Part shown: positions 52,865-64,000 of the stretch, in pieces
Layout of the letters: the number at the start of each line of letters is the position of its first letter
Position numbering within the stretch: the first letter of the stretch is position 1
Origin: Octopus vulgaris
Lineage: Eukaryota
Assembly (NCBI GenBank): GCA_951406725.2
Contig: OX597830.1
Location: 38,440,001 to 38,504,000 of the forward strand
Direction: 5' to 3'
Length of the DNA: 64,000 bases
Program-made: the position numbers and the translations under genes
Notes under the pieces: generated by a model
The model's input: only the letters and a program-made list of their open reading frames with translations
Told to the model about the DNA's origin: nothing
Databases searched by the model: none

Positions 52865-53512
52865 ATATTGTTATATTTCGGAATGGTCATATTGCCAGTT
52901 TAGCCAATAAAAACACACGCACTATATATTTGGTGTTATTTTGCTCCAGTGATACTTATTTTTTACATTAATCTTAATCTTATTTCGGCCAAAGTTCTTT
53001 CGTCACACTCCTGTGACCGCATCAGTGGTCCTTTGTTTTCTTCTCACTTACTTGTGTCTCCCCTTACTAACCGTCAGCCATTTTGTATTTCTTGAATTTC
53101 ATGTATTTCATATATTGATCTGTCTAATATGCTTATCCCTTTCTATACATACATGCATTATATTATATATACATGTATATATATATATAATAGTTCAATT
53201 CCGAGTAAGCTATTTGTCACCGAAATGCATTGCGAATACAAAATGGCTGACGGTTAGTAAGGAGAGACACAAGTAAGTGAGAAGAAAACAAAGGACCACT
53301 GATGCGGTCACAGGAGTGTGACGAAAGAACTTTGGCCGAAATAAGATTAAGATTAATGTAAAAAATAAATATCACTGAAGCAAAATAACACCAAATATAT
53401 AGTGCGTGTGTTTTTATTGGCTAAACTGGCAATATGACCATTCCGAAATATAACAATATCTGTTTCAACACACGACTTCACATAAAAAATCTTGCACAAC
53501 AAATATTTAAAC
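52865..53512 (+). mobile_element. Hammerhead-like short element with a 225-bp inverted copy and a captured spacer
   Basis: Arms 52865-53089 and 53235-53459 (3 mismatches seen). Spacer 53087-53238 is identical to 52307-52458. Confidence 0.88.
53294..53337 (+). ncRNA. Non-canonical hammerhead-like motif (core CUGAUGCG)
   Basis: GACCA-CTGATGCG-GTCACA(ggag)TGTGAC-GAA-AGAACT-T-TGGCC. The same variant is present in the inverted arm. Confidence 0.55.
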
Positions 53513-53520
53513 GTATATAC

Positions 53521-53560
<40 letters not shown>

Positions 53561-55025
53561 ATGCATATATATATATATTCTTATATATATATATTTATAT
53601 ATATACATGCATATATATATGTATTCATAAATATATGCTCACATGTGTGCGTGCGTGCAGGCGTTTGAGTGCTTGAGAGTTTATATCACCGTACGTGTAT
53701 TCGTATGTGTAAATGTTTGATTTATTTCTTGTTTTCTTCTTTGCCTTTATATTCATATAACAGCCAACATCACATGAGATTGCTTAAAACCATCTTTTCT
53801 TTCCCCTTTTTTAGATGTAGCTGGCCGTACCGAAATCCTCGCTGCATACTCGTATTATTTCGTTCGAACTCCACTCATTTAATAAGCATGTTACGCTCGC
53901 ATTATGAAAAGAGCGCTTTTCGAAGTAACATTGTAATTATATTATCATGCTTTTATTTTATGTATTACTAATTTTTATTCATATTTTTTTTGTTGACAAT
54001 CTCATTACTTTGTTATATTTCTTAATGCGAATATTGTACAGGGGATTTCCGGTGGAGTATGGATATTTATTTTATGTTCTATTGATGCAGCGCTTTTCAA
54101 ATTGGTATGTTTATTTAAGCGGTGTGATGTAGAAAAACAAAAATAAAAAAATACGTTTTTTTTACTAAATATTTGACGTTGCTCACTGTATGTCGTATCC
54201 AGGGGGAAGCGCTACCTCTTAGGGCAGACAAATTAAGCTTGTCAATGCATTGCATTTAAATGGAAACATCCACACCTAGTTAGGACATAAACGGCGTTTG
54301 TGTCACCTAATCAGCAGACATTAATTTCACTATAAGTTTTGGTATCTGATAATTCTACGGTACCACATGTGCATGTCATGCTCATATATATATAATTTTT
54401 GTCTTAATGGAAGTTACAGAGCAATCATTATATATTTTAGATTTCTGAAATACAGGAAAGCATAGGGCATGCTGGATTGTGCACCAGCATTTAATGATTT
54501 ATCAATATAATGTGAGGTATGTTGTTGGGAAAATGTACAAATATTTCAAGGCTCTACGCCTACAGGTGAAATAAAAATCTTGTTTCGCCAACAAGTCGTT
54601 CACCAGTTAAATTTGAGGAAAGCTTTTATGTTAAAATTTAAACATAATAAATAGGTAGAATTCAGAAATTTTAAATGAAACGCAATGAATGTTTCTTTGT
54701 CTTTATGTATGCAAATGTGTATATATATATATATAAATACACGCAGACGCACATATATATTTTTTTATTCTTTAACATCTTTCAGGCATTTGACTGCGGC
54801 AATGATGGAACAACGCCTGAAAGGGTCTTCGTCAAAGTAATCGACCCCAGGGCTTATTCTTTGAAAGCCCAGTAAATATTCTATCGGTTCCTCATACCGA
54901 ACCCTTAAGTTACGGGGACGTAAACATACCAACATCATATGCCAAGCGATGGTGGGGGAGACACACACACAAACACACACACACACACATATACACACAT
55001 ACATATACACACATACACGCATATA

Positions 55026-55555
55026 CCGTACTGTGCAAAAGTCTTTGGCCACTTTAACCTATTGTAAATTTGTACTGATTCCCAAATTATTCTTTCAAGA
55101 AATAAATGTACATTGTAAACAATTCCTGTGGTTTCAGTGCGCCTGGAAAGACATATGTACAAATCACAGGTACGAGATTCCATTCTTTGTGGCTGAGCTC
55201 CCACAAATCTTCAAGCTTGTGTGGATTCTTCTGACGAACCCTTCTCTTTATTTCTGTCCACATCTGCTCGACGATACCTATATCAGGACTCTGAGCTAGA
55301 CAATTTTTCAAAATGGTAACAACTTCATCAGCCAGGCTCTGCGGTATGGAGCTCCGTCATGCTGAAATATTTCATCTTCATCAAATATCAAATTGTCCTT
55401 CCTTCATGTATTTGTCACTATTCAAATTACTGTCAATGTTAACCAACTTTGTTAAGCTATCTCTTTTTATGCATGCCCAAAGCGTCAGACTATTACCCAC
55501 AAACCTCACTTTTTTCGTCGTGTAACGTAGATTCTTTCGTATTTCTGAGGGCCTT
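55026..55555 (-). mobile_element. Tc1-like transposon fragment with one terminal repeat
   Basis: TA followed by the CCGTACTGTGCAAAAGT terminus. Minus-strand AQSPDIGIVEQMWTEIKRRV..LEDLWE matches the SPDLNPIE(N/H)LW motif. Confidence 0.8.
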
Positions 55556-55559
55556 CTCA

Positions 55560-56200
55560 CAAATTCTCGCCTATTAGAAATGAGGGCGAAGAATGTTTGA
55601 GCAGAATGATGAGCAGGTGATGAAATATGGGTCTATCATTATGTGGCAGAATCCAAAGGATAGAGAAGGAAGTGGAAACATCCTGACTCACGAAGAACAA
55701 AAATTCAAGACTCAGTCTTCTACGAGTAAGGTGATGATAACAATTTCTTGAGGTACATGGAAGTACCTGAGAAGAGGCTGTACAATTAACAGTACAAAAT
55801 ACAATTGATTGCTGGTCAATAACCTGAAGCTAACAATGCGCATCAAAATGTTAAGCCTATTGCCGAAAATAATTTTGTTGTCGCCTGACAATGCACGCCC
55901 ACATAAAGCCGCCCAAGCTGTTGAAACTATTAACCAATTGGGTTTTGAGGTGCTGGAACACCTGCCTACAGTTCAGTTCTTGTCCCCTCCGACTACCATA
56001 TCTTTGGATTGCTCAGAGATGGTTGAAGAGGTCATCGATTTCCTACGGATGAATATGTAGAAGTAGCGATGCATAGATGGCTGCTCTACCAATCTAAAAC
56101 CTTCTTGGAGGACATATGCTATCTTATAGACCGATGTACCAAGTGCATTGAAAAGGAAGGAGACTATGTAGATAAATGGCGTACTTTTTCTATCTCCTGC
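55560..56200 (+). mobile_element. Degenerate mariner (DD34D) transposase fragment
   Basis: WVYHY, KWKHPDS, KVMITIS, DNARPH, LGFEVLEH, PSDYHIFG, GHRF and RCTKCIEKEGDYVDK. Confidence 0.88.
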
Positions 56201-56524
56201 TTTCGTTTGTATATATGGATATACACGACGGGCTTCTTCCGTTTCCGTCTACCAAATTCACTCACAAGAAATTAGTAGGCCGTCGGCCATAGTAGAAGAC
56301 ACTTAACCATAGTAGAAGGCAATTCGATTGAACACAGAACCATGTGTTTCGGAAGCAAGTATCTTACCACACACCACACAGCCACACCTATGTATATATG
56401 TGTGTGTGCGCGTGAGTATGTACACAATCTTCTTGACTGAAGATTGAAGGCTTCGAATGTCCCGTCCGTGTTTTTTTTATCGTATTCTAAATGTTTTACG
56501 TTCTTGTCCCAGTTTGTATTTTTA

Positions 56525-56665
<141 letters not shown>

Positions 56666-56677
56666 ATTATATACATA

Positions 56678-56751
<74 letters not shown>

Positions 56752-56780
56752 TCATATATATATGATATATATTTTTTTTT

Positions 56781-57355
56781 CTAGTTTCAGCTCAGAGCTG
56801 CGGCCATGCTGATGCACCGCCGTTTTGCGCTACACTGTTATTGCGACGAACCTCGTCTAATATGTGGCACTTGGTGAAGAATGGAGTCTGATACAGCTAC
56901 TCTCATTTGCACCTCTTGTCGTGAGGTAGGTTCATCTGGGACTCTTGACAGGAAGATGTCCAGCTTTGATTTAAAAACCGCTACATCTACTTTGTGCACG
57001 TTTCTCAGACTCTTTGGGAGAATATTAAAAAGATGTGGGCCCTTCAAACCCAGGCTGTTGCAGAAGCTGATCCTGAAGCGTGATGGCATTGCTGGGATCT
57101 TTGGCACTATGCACTGTCGTCCCGTTCTAGCATTGGTGTAGCTTACAATGCCAGAATTTGGCACAATTCCTTCCAGGATCTTCCAGACATATTTTACTGC
57201 ATAGCTCTCCCGTCTTCTCTCCAGGGAGTAGAGTTTTAGCTGTTTCAACCCTTCCCAGTAGCTGAGCTGTTGCAAAGAGACGATCTTCTTTGTGAATCTT
57301 CTCTGGATTGCTTCAAGGTCTGCCGTTAATTTTACACTGGTGGGTGACCATAGCT
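56781..57355 (-). mobile_element. 5'-truncated CR1-type LINE 3' end
   Basis: QLWSP..LEAIQRRFTKKI..LYSLERRR..WKILEG..LFNILP..FKSKLD. Same conserved 3' tail as 23823-26997. Confidence 0.9.
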
Positions 57356-57392
57356 GTATATATATATATACATAGATATTTATGTATGTATA

Positions 57393-57498
57393 TATATATT
57401 TATGTATACTCATATATGGTCTTGCTTTTCTTAGGTATTATTCCATACTACATTATATTGTTAGACTAGAAAAAATAAAAATAATATAAACGGAGAAA

Positions 57499-57550
<52 letters not shown>

Positions 57551-57945
57551 TATATACATTTCCAACGTGTTGCTTCCACACGTGTTGTAGTCTCTAGTTT
57601 CAAATTAGAATCTATGTTTGATTTAATTTACGCAATCTCCCTCTGTTTTCCAGGAGAGACAATGGCTATACAACAGCATGGACTCAGCCACTGACTGAAA
57701 TAAGTAGAAGATAAAAGAAAAAATGTGAGCGATTATGTGTAATCATGCACCATTCCTGAAATTATCTCTGAGCCGTTTAAATAATCTAGTTACGTTGTTT
57801 TCGCCTGGACTCGAAAATGTATACATTGTACACTACGTAAGTACATATAATGTGCTATTATATATAATTTGCGTGTCCTGATTCCATATAATAATTCTTT
57901 TATAGTTCATGTACTCTTACTTGCTCTCGATCATCCGAAGCATAA

Positions 57946-58017
<72 letters not shown>

Positions 58018-58737
58018 GTATATATATATAAACATAAAAACATATATATATGTATGTTTGTGCGTACATGTATACATATATTGAGTTTTCTAATATTGAA
58101 TATGAAATCATGTACGTTTGCTACGTGATCTTTTGTGCACGATTCCATCCTTATTAGGTTTCCATAATTTACTGTTTAAAATATTCTGAAAACATATACA
58201 TTTAGACAACGGCGATAAAGAAATACTTATTTTCTAGAGACCACAAATACACAATTCTCTTTCAATGATGGTTCATTTGTATTAAGGCTATAATATCTCA
58301 AATGTATCAGCATCCATATTAAAACATAACATATCATTTTAGCTTCAAGTGGCTGCCTGAAAATATACCTTTCATTCTACATTTGAATCTGTTTGTGTGA
58401 GAAACAGTTAAAAAAGAAAAACATAAATCGCATCAGAGAGTGTTACTAAATATTTACGAAATATTTACTTAAATAAAGGCTGGGTTTTTGTAGGAAAGTA
58501 TACGTAGTGACACGAGAACTGCCATTGTTTGTAAACGCGATTATCTCGTTATTTATTTTAGAGGTGATGTTAGCACCGGTCAAGAGTTTTGCTATTGTTT
58601 TCGCATATCAAACTGTTCTCAAACTGTTCTTAATATATTTATGTATACTCATATATGGTCTTGCTTTTCTTAGGTATTATTCCATACTACATTATATTGT
58701 TAGACTAGAAAAAATAAAAATAATATAAACGGAGAAA

Positions 58738-58781
<44 letters not shown>

Positions 58782-59175
58782 TATATACATTTCCAACGTG
58801 TTGCTTCCCACGTGTTGTAGTCTCTAGTTTCAAATTAGAATCTATGTTTGATTTAATTTACGCAATCTCCCTCTGTTTTCCAGGAGAGACAATGGCTATA
58901 CAACAGCATGGACTCAGCCACTGACTGAAATAAGTAGAAGATAAAAGAAAAAATGTGAGCGATTATGTGTAATCATGCACCATTCCTGAAATTATCTCTG
59001 AGCCGTTTAAATAATCTAGTTACGTTGTTTTCGCCTGGACTCGAAAATGTATACATTGTACACTACGTAAGTACATATAATGTGCTATTATATATAATTT
59101 GCGTGTCCTGATTCCATATAATAATTCTTTTATAGTTCATGTACTCTTACTTGCTCTCGATCATCCGAAGCATAA

Positions 59176-59240
<65 letters not shown>

Positions 59241-59868
59241 CATGTGTATATATATATATATGTATATATATATAAACATAAAATCATATATATATGTATG
59301 TTTGTGCGTACATGTATACATATATTGAGTTTTCTAATATTGAATATGAAATCATGTACGTTTGCTACGTGATCTTTTGTGCACGATTCCATCCTTATTA
59401 GGTTTCCATAATTTACTGTTTAAAATATTCTGAAAACATATACATTTAGACAACGGCGATAAAGAAATACTTATTTTCTAGAGACCACAAATACACAATT
59501 CTCTTTCAATGATGGTTCATTTGTATTAAGGCTATAATATCTCAAATGTATCAGCATCCATATTAAAACATAACATATCATTTTAGCTTCAAGTGGCTGC
59601 CTGAAAATATACCTTTCATTCTACATTTGAATCTGTTTGTGTGAGAAACAGTTAAAAAAGAAAAACATAAATCGCATCAGAGAGTGTTACTAAATATTTA
59701 CGAAATATTTACTTAAATAAAGGCTGGGTTTTTGTAGGAAAGTATACGTAGTGACACGAGAACTGCCATTGTTTGTAAACGCGATTATCTCGTTATTTAT
59801 TTTAGAGGTGATGTTAGCACCGGTCAAGAGTTTTGCTATTGTTTTCGCATATCAAACTGTTCTTAATA
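57393..59868. repeat. Tandem duplication of about 1.24 kb
   Basis: About 57393-58634 and 58633-59868 are near identical except in microsatellite lengths. An 11-bp repeat CAAACTGTTCT lies at the junction. Confidence 0.95.
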
Positions 59869-60274
59869 TGTTGAATAAGATAAATATTATAACTTTTTAT
59901 TTGCTTAAATGAGATTAATGATGAAATAAGCTAGAAACGCTGCTAGTACATCTCAATACCAACAACTCTGAATAGCACAAATAATAACATATGGCCATCG
60001 GACATGTAATTTGCTGAGGAATATTATATAATAAATGTTACGAGCAAGATTTGGACCATACTGGCATTTGCACACTCTAAACAGGAAAATTCTCCTATAA
60101 TTATAAAATGAAGGTTGCTCATCCATGTTTTCGCATGGAAATATGTATGTTTATTACTTGCATAATTGACAGATACCTTCATCTATAAAGAAAGAGAAAA
60201 CATACATATACCGCCCTATGAGAAAACGAACACAATCTCACACCCACTATACACAACTGGAAAAAAATACTGCC

Positions 60275-60488
<214 letters not shown>

Positions 60489-61574
60489 CATGCATACATA
60501 CATATACTAAGAAAGAGAGAGAAGGGACAGATTAGTAAATGGATATATAGATTGTGATAGAGATGAAGGTATACATACATACAGACATACACAATTAAGT
60601 ATACACATATACATCAAATTGATTTATTTATGCATTTATTTATATATCTGTGTGTCTGTGTCTGTGCCTGTGTGTGTAAGTGAGGTGTGAATATCATTCT
60701 GTCATTGCTTTCCCAAAGTTTCCAATTCATTCCCATGTTACACTCAGTATAATTTACCGAATAAGATGCTATTAAATTGCATCATATTTTCCTTCCTAAA
60801 GTTATTAAAAACTATATGTCTTGGAATAACCAAGAATGATCATATGCCAAATCGCAGAATAATTACGGGCTTACTGTTTCAACGCGCGCTAGAGAAGTCA
60901 TAATTGTCTACTTGGATATAAAATTAACATCGAAATAATAAAGTAAAAACAAATATTACGGGACAAGTATAATGATCACTTAAATGTACACGTCTTACGT
61001 GTGGTCTAAACAAAGATATTAACTTGTTGAATTACCAAGTGATTTTCTTTCTCGTATCCAGTATTGAATTTTGTTCTATTTCCTGAATTTAAATAAGTAT
61101 TATCATTTTTTATAATTTTCATTCTATAAATCCTTACTTAATTATCAATGAAAATATGAAAATATTTGAGAATATTTGTTATAGAGATGTAAAAAATAAA
61201 TTAAATTACAATTTCCATTCCACTACCAGCATTTTGAATAAAATGAATGATTTTAAAAATTACATAACTTTTCTTCTGGTTTCAATAGAGAAAAGAAACA
61301 AATTCTGAAGTCATCTTCAGTTACTATAATTTCTGTTTTAGTCATAAAGCTGGAAATTCCGACGGAGGGTTCCACTCGACTAAATTGATCGTAGTACTTC
61401 ACTGGTACTTCGAATTATCGAACAAGGAGGGATGGAGTACAACGTTGACTTTGGCAGCTTTTGATGAGAGATCACTTTTTTCTCTATCGAATATATATGT
61501 AGACACACACACACACCCACGAACAAACAAACAATAATAATAATCATAATAATACTAACAATAGATACCCTGAT

Positions 61575-62000
61575 GCATTGCCAAGCACTGGATGTCATGG
61601 CTTCTGATCTTAACTGGCTGGCAGTTTTATCATGTTTATTGTTTTGTGTTGGTATAAAAAATGGACTACATCAAATATTCTACTCAGTACCATCAATTCA
61701 CTTGGAAGTTGATTGACGATAACCATTTGAGCATGGGTGTATAATATTCTTAAAAAACCCATATTCATGGACTATTTGAGCAAGGTGGGCTGCGCAATCG
61801 GAAGAGAATTATGACTGGGCCCCACCTGCAAGGTCATTCGTTGTTTATCTTGAAATGAGATCACCATGTTGCGCACACATGGTTGTGGTGCATGTGCCTG
61901 GTGTACCCTTATCAGTTGCGTAGTCATGATGGGTATATCGGGCTTCATATGTTTTACCCCAATGTCACTTTTGTGGTATGCACTGCTCTCTCATTCAATG
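61575..62000. mobile_element. Probable interspersed repeat of unassigned class
   Basis: GC-richer block between AAT/TTA microsatellites. No protein motif found. Confidence 0.35.
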
Positions 62001-62001
62001 A

Positions 62002-62002
<1 letters not shown>

Positions 62003-62090
<88 letters not shown>

Positions 62091-62101
62091 TTATTATTAT
62101 T

Positions 62102-62181
<80 letters not shown>

Positions 62182-62217
62182 GGATAATAATAATAATGAG
62201 AAGAAGAAGAAGAATAA
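62003..62217. repeat. Compound (TTA)n(GTA)n(TTA)n(AAT)n(AGA)n microsatellite
   Basis: Read directly from the sequence. Strand switch from TTA to AAT near 62104. Confidence 0.95.
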
Positions 62218-63455
62218 GATGGATACTCACTCAAACCCATCCAAACAGGAGTACCACCACACAAACAAACCCTGTGGATAAATAACATCCAAAACAAAAT
62301 ACAAAAAATGAGAAAAGATCTGTCGATTCTTAATGAAATCAGTAGACAATCAACGCTACTGAGCAACAAAAGGAAAACAAAAATACTCCGCAAATACAAC
62401 ACCACAGAAAAAGATTTACCTGAGATAAAAGAAAAACTAAAACAAGATATCCTTGCCAAAGCACAAAGGATCCGCCTGTGCGACAAACGCCAGCGCTTCT
62501 TTGAACAAAACAAAAAGTTCAACTCCAACCCCAAAAAGTTCTACCTAGAACTTGGCAAAAATAAAATTGAAATCACTACAGCACCAACGGCAGAAGAAGT
62601 GGAAGATTTCTGGAGAGAAATATGGTCTGCGAACAAACAACCAAACAAAAAGGAGTATTAAAACAACAAACTCAGCATCTGAGCAAATTTGGACCCCCAT
62701 AACAACTGAAGAGGTCACCGAGGCACTGCGTAGACTAAGCAACTGGAAGGCACCTGGGCATGACAAGATCCCCAAATTCTGGTTGAAATATCTAACAGGA
62801 ATGCACAAAAAGCTGGCTGAAAACTTTAACAACATACTAGCAGAGCCAGAGACAATGCCAGAATGGCTCACGAAGGGGAAAACCATCTTAATTCCCAAAT
62901 CAAATGAGACAGCAAAACCAGAAAACTACAGACCAATAACTTGTCTCCCTACAATGTACAAGGAATTTACTGCAGTGATATCGCAAAGGTTGAACAAGCA
63001 CCTGGATGAAAACAACCTGTTTCCAGAAGAGCAGAAAGGATGCCGCAAAGGCTCATATGGCTGTAAAGATCAACTAATGATTAATAAAGCCATAACTGAA
63101 GACAGCCACAGAAAGAAGAAAGGCACCAGTATGGCCTGGATCGACTACAAAAAGGCGTTTGATAGTATCCCACACACATGGATCCTCGAAACACTAGCCA
63201 TTAACAAAGTAGCACCAACAATTATAAAATTCATAGGACACTCTATGAATAAATGGCAAACAGTGCTACAGCTCCAAACAAAAGAAGGACTCACGAAAAC
63301 CAAAGCCATCCCCACTAGAAGAGGAATATTCCAGGGAGACACGCTCTCTCCACTCCTTTTCTGCTTGGCACTGTCACCTCTATCTGATATGCTAAATAGA
63401 ACTGGATGCGGATATAAATGTTACGGCAAAACGATCAGCCACATTTTATATATGG
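62218..63455 (+). mobile_element. R4/Dong fragment (pre-RT region and RT), same family as 37225-39353
   Basis: NWKAPGHDKI, NYRPITCLPTMYK, EEQKGC, DYKKAFDSIPH and GIFQGDTLSP. Truncated at HILYM. Follows (AAT)n. Confidence 0.93.
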
Positions 63456-63558
63456 CTTTCCAAAACATAAGAAAAGCCGTGTGCGTTTAAAGGATCGTAT
63501 TGAAATAATTCTGTAATATCCTGCAATATTTGTATGTATTAAATGAAATCAGAGCTTA

Positions 63559-64000
63559 CTTCTACGAGTAAGGTGATGATAACAATTTCTTGAGGTACAT
63601 GGAAGTACCTGAGAAGAGGCTGTACGATTAACAGTACAAAATACAATTGATTGCTGGTCAATAACCTGAAGCTAACAATGCGCATGAAAATGTTAAGCCT
63701 ATTGCCGAAAATAATTTTGTTGTCGCCTGACAATGCACGCCCACATAAAGCCGCCCAAGCTGTTGAAACTATTAACCAATTGGGTTTTGAGGTGCTGGAA
63801 CACCTGCCTACAGTTCAGTTCTTGTCCCCTCCGACTACCATATCTTTGGATTGCTCAGAGATGGTTGAAGAGGTCATCGATTTCCTACGGATGAATATGT
63901 AGAAGTAGCGATGCATAGATGGCTGCTCTACCAATCTAAAACCTTCTTGGAGGACATATGCTATCTTATAGACCGATGTACCAAGTGCATTGAAAAGGAA
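63559..64000 (+). mobile_element. Mariner fragment, near-identical copy of 55717-56158
   Basis: Only two substitutions seen by eye. Shares the inactivating lesions. Runs off the window end. Confidence 0.9.

Larger units (their letters stand above)
54775..56390 (-). mobile_element. tRNA-derived SINE halves separated by DNA-transposon fragments
   Basis: SINE tail half at about 54775-54965 and head half at about 56222-56390, same orientation and family as 21930-22518. Confidence 0.65.

Noticed and set aside
56432-56466. CTGAAGA..GAAGGCTTC-GAATGTC hammerhead-like string
   Set aside because: GAAA is incomplete and stems I and II are weak, so it was not called.

Overview
AT-rich, microsatellite-dense eukaryotic DNA, intronic or intergenic. 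The SINE families and repeat style point to an octopod cephalopod (inference). No intact host gene is visible. Most ORFs in the supplied track are microsatellite artefacts or transposon remnants. Recognisable elements: Tc1/mariner fragments, RTE-type LINE 3' ends, a decayed Ty3/gypsy element with a 3' LTR, a near full-length ORF2 CR1-type LINE, a cluster of R4/Dong RLE retrotransposons in (TAA)n arrays, a non-autonomous Helitron, tRNA-derived SINEs and Penelope-like (GIY-YIG) fragments. The main signal missed by the ORF track is a set of type I hammerhead ribozyme motifs from at least seven different sequence contexts. Two sit at the 3' ends of Penelope-like fragments and the rest in short non-coding elements. 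Three of the short elements carry an inverted copy of their own tail. One (33697-34200) has a tRNA-like Pol III head, a hammerhead tail, an inverted tail copy and a 14-bp target-site duplication, consistent with a Penelope-mobilised ribozyme-SINE. All folds were paired by eye; none was computed or tested.
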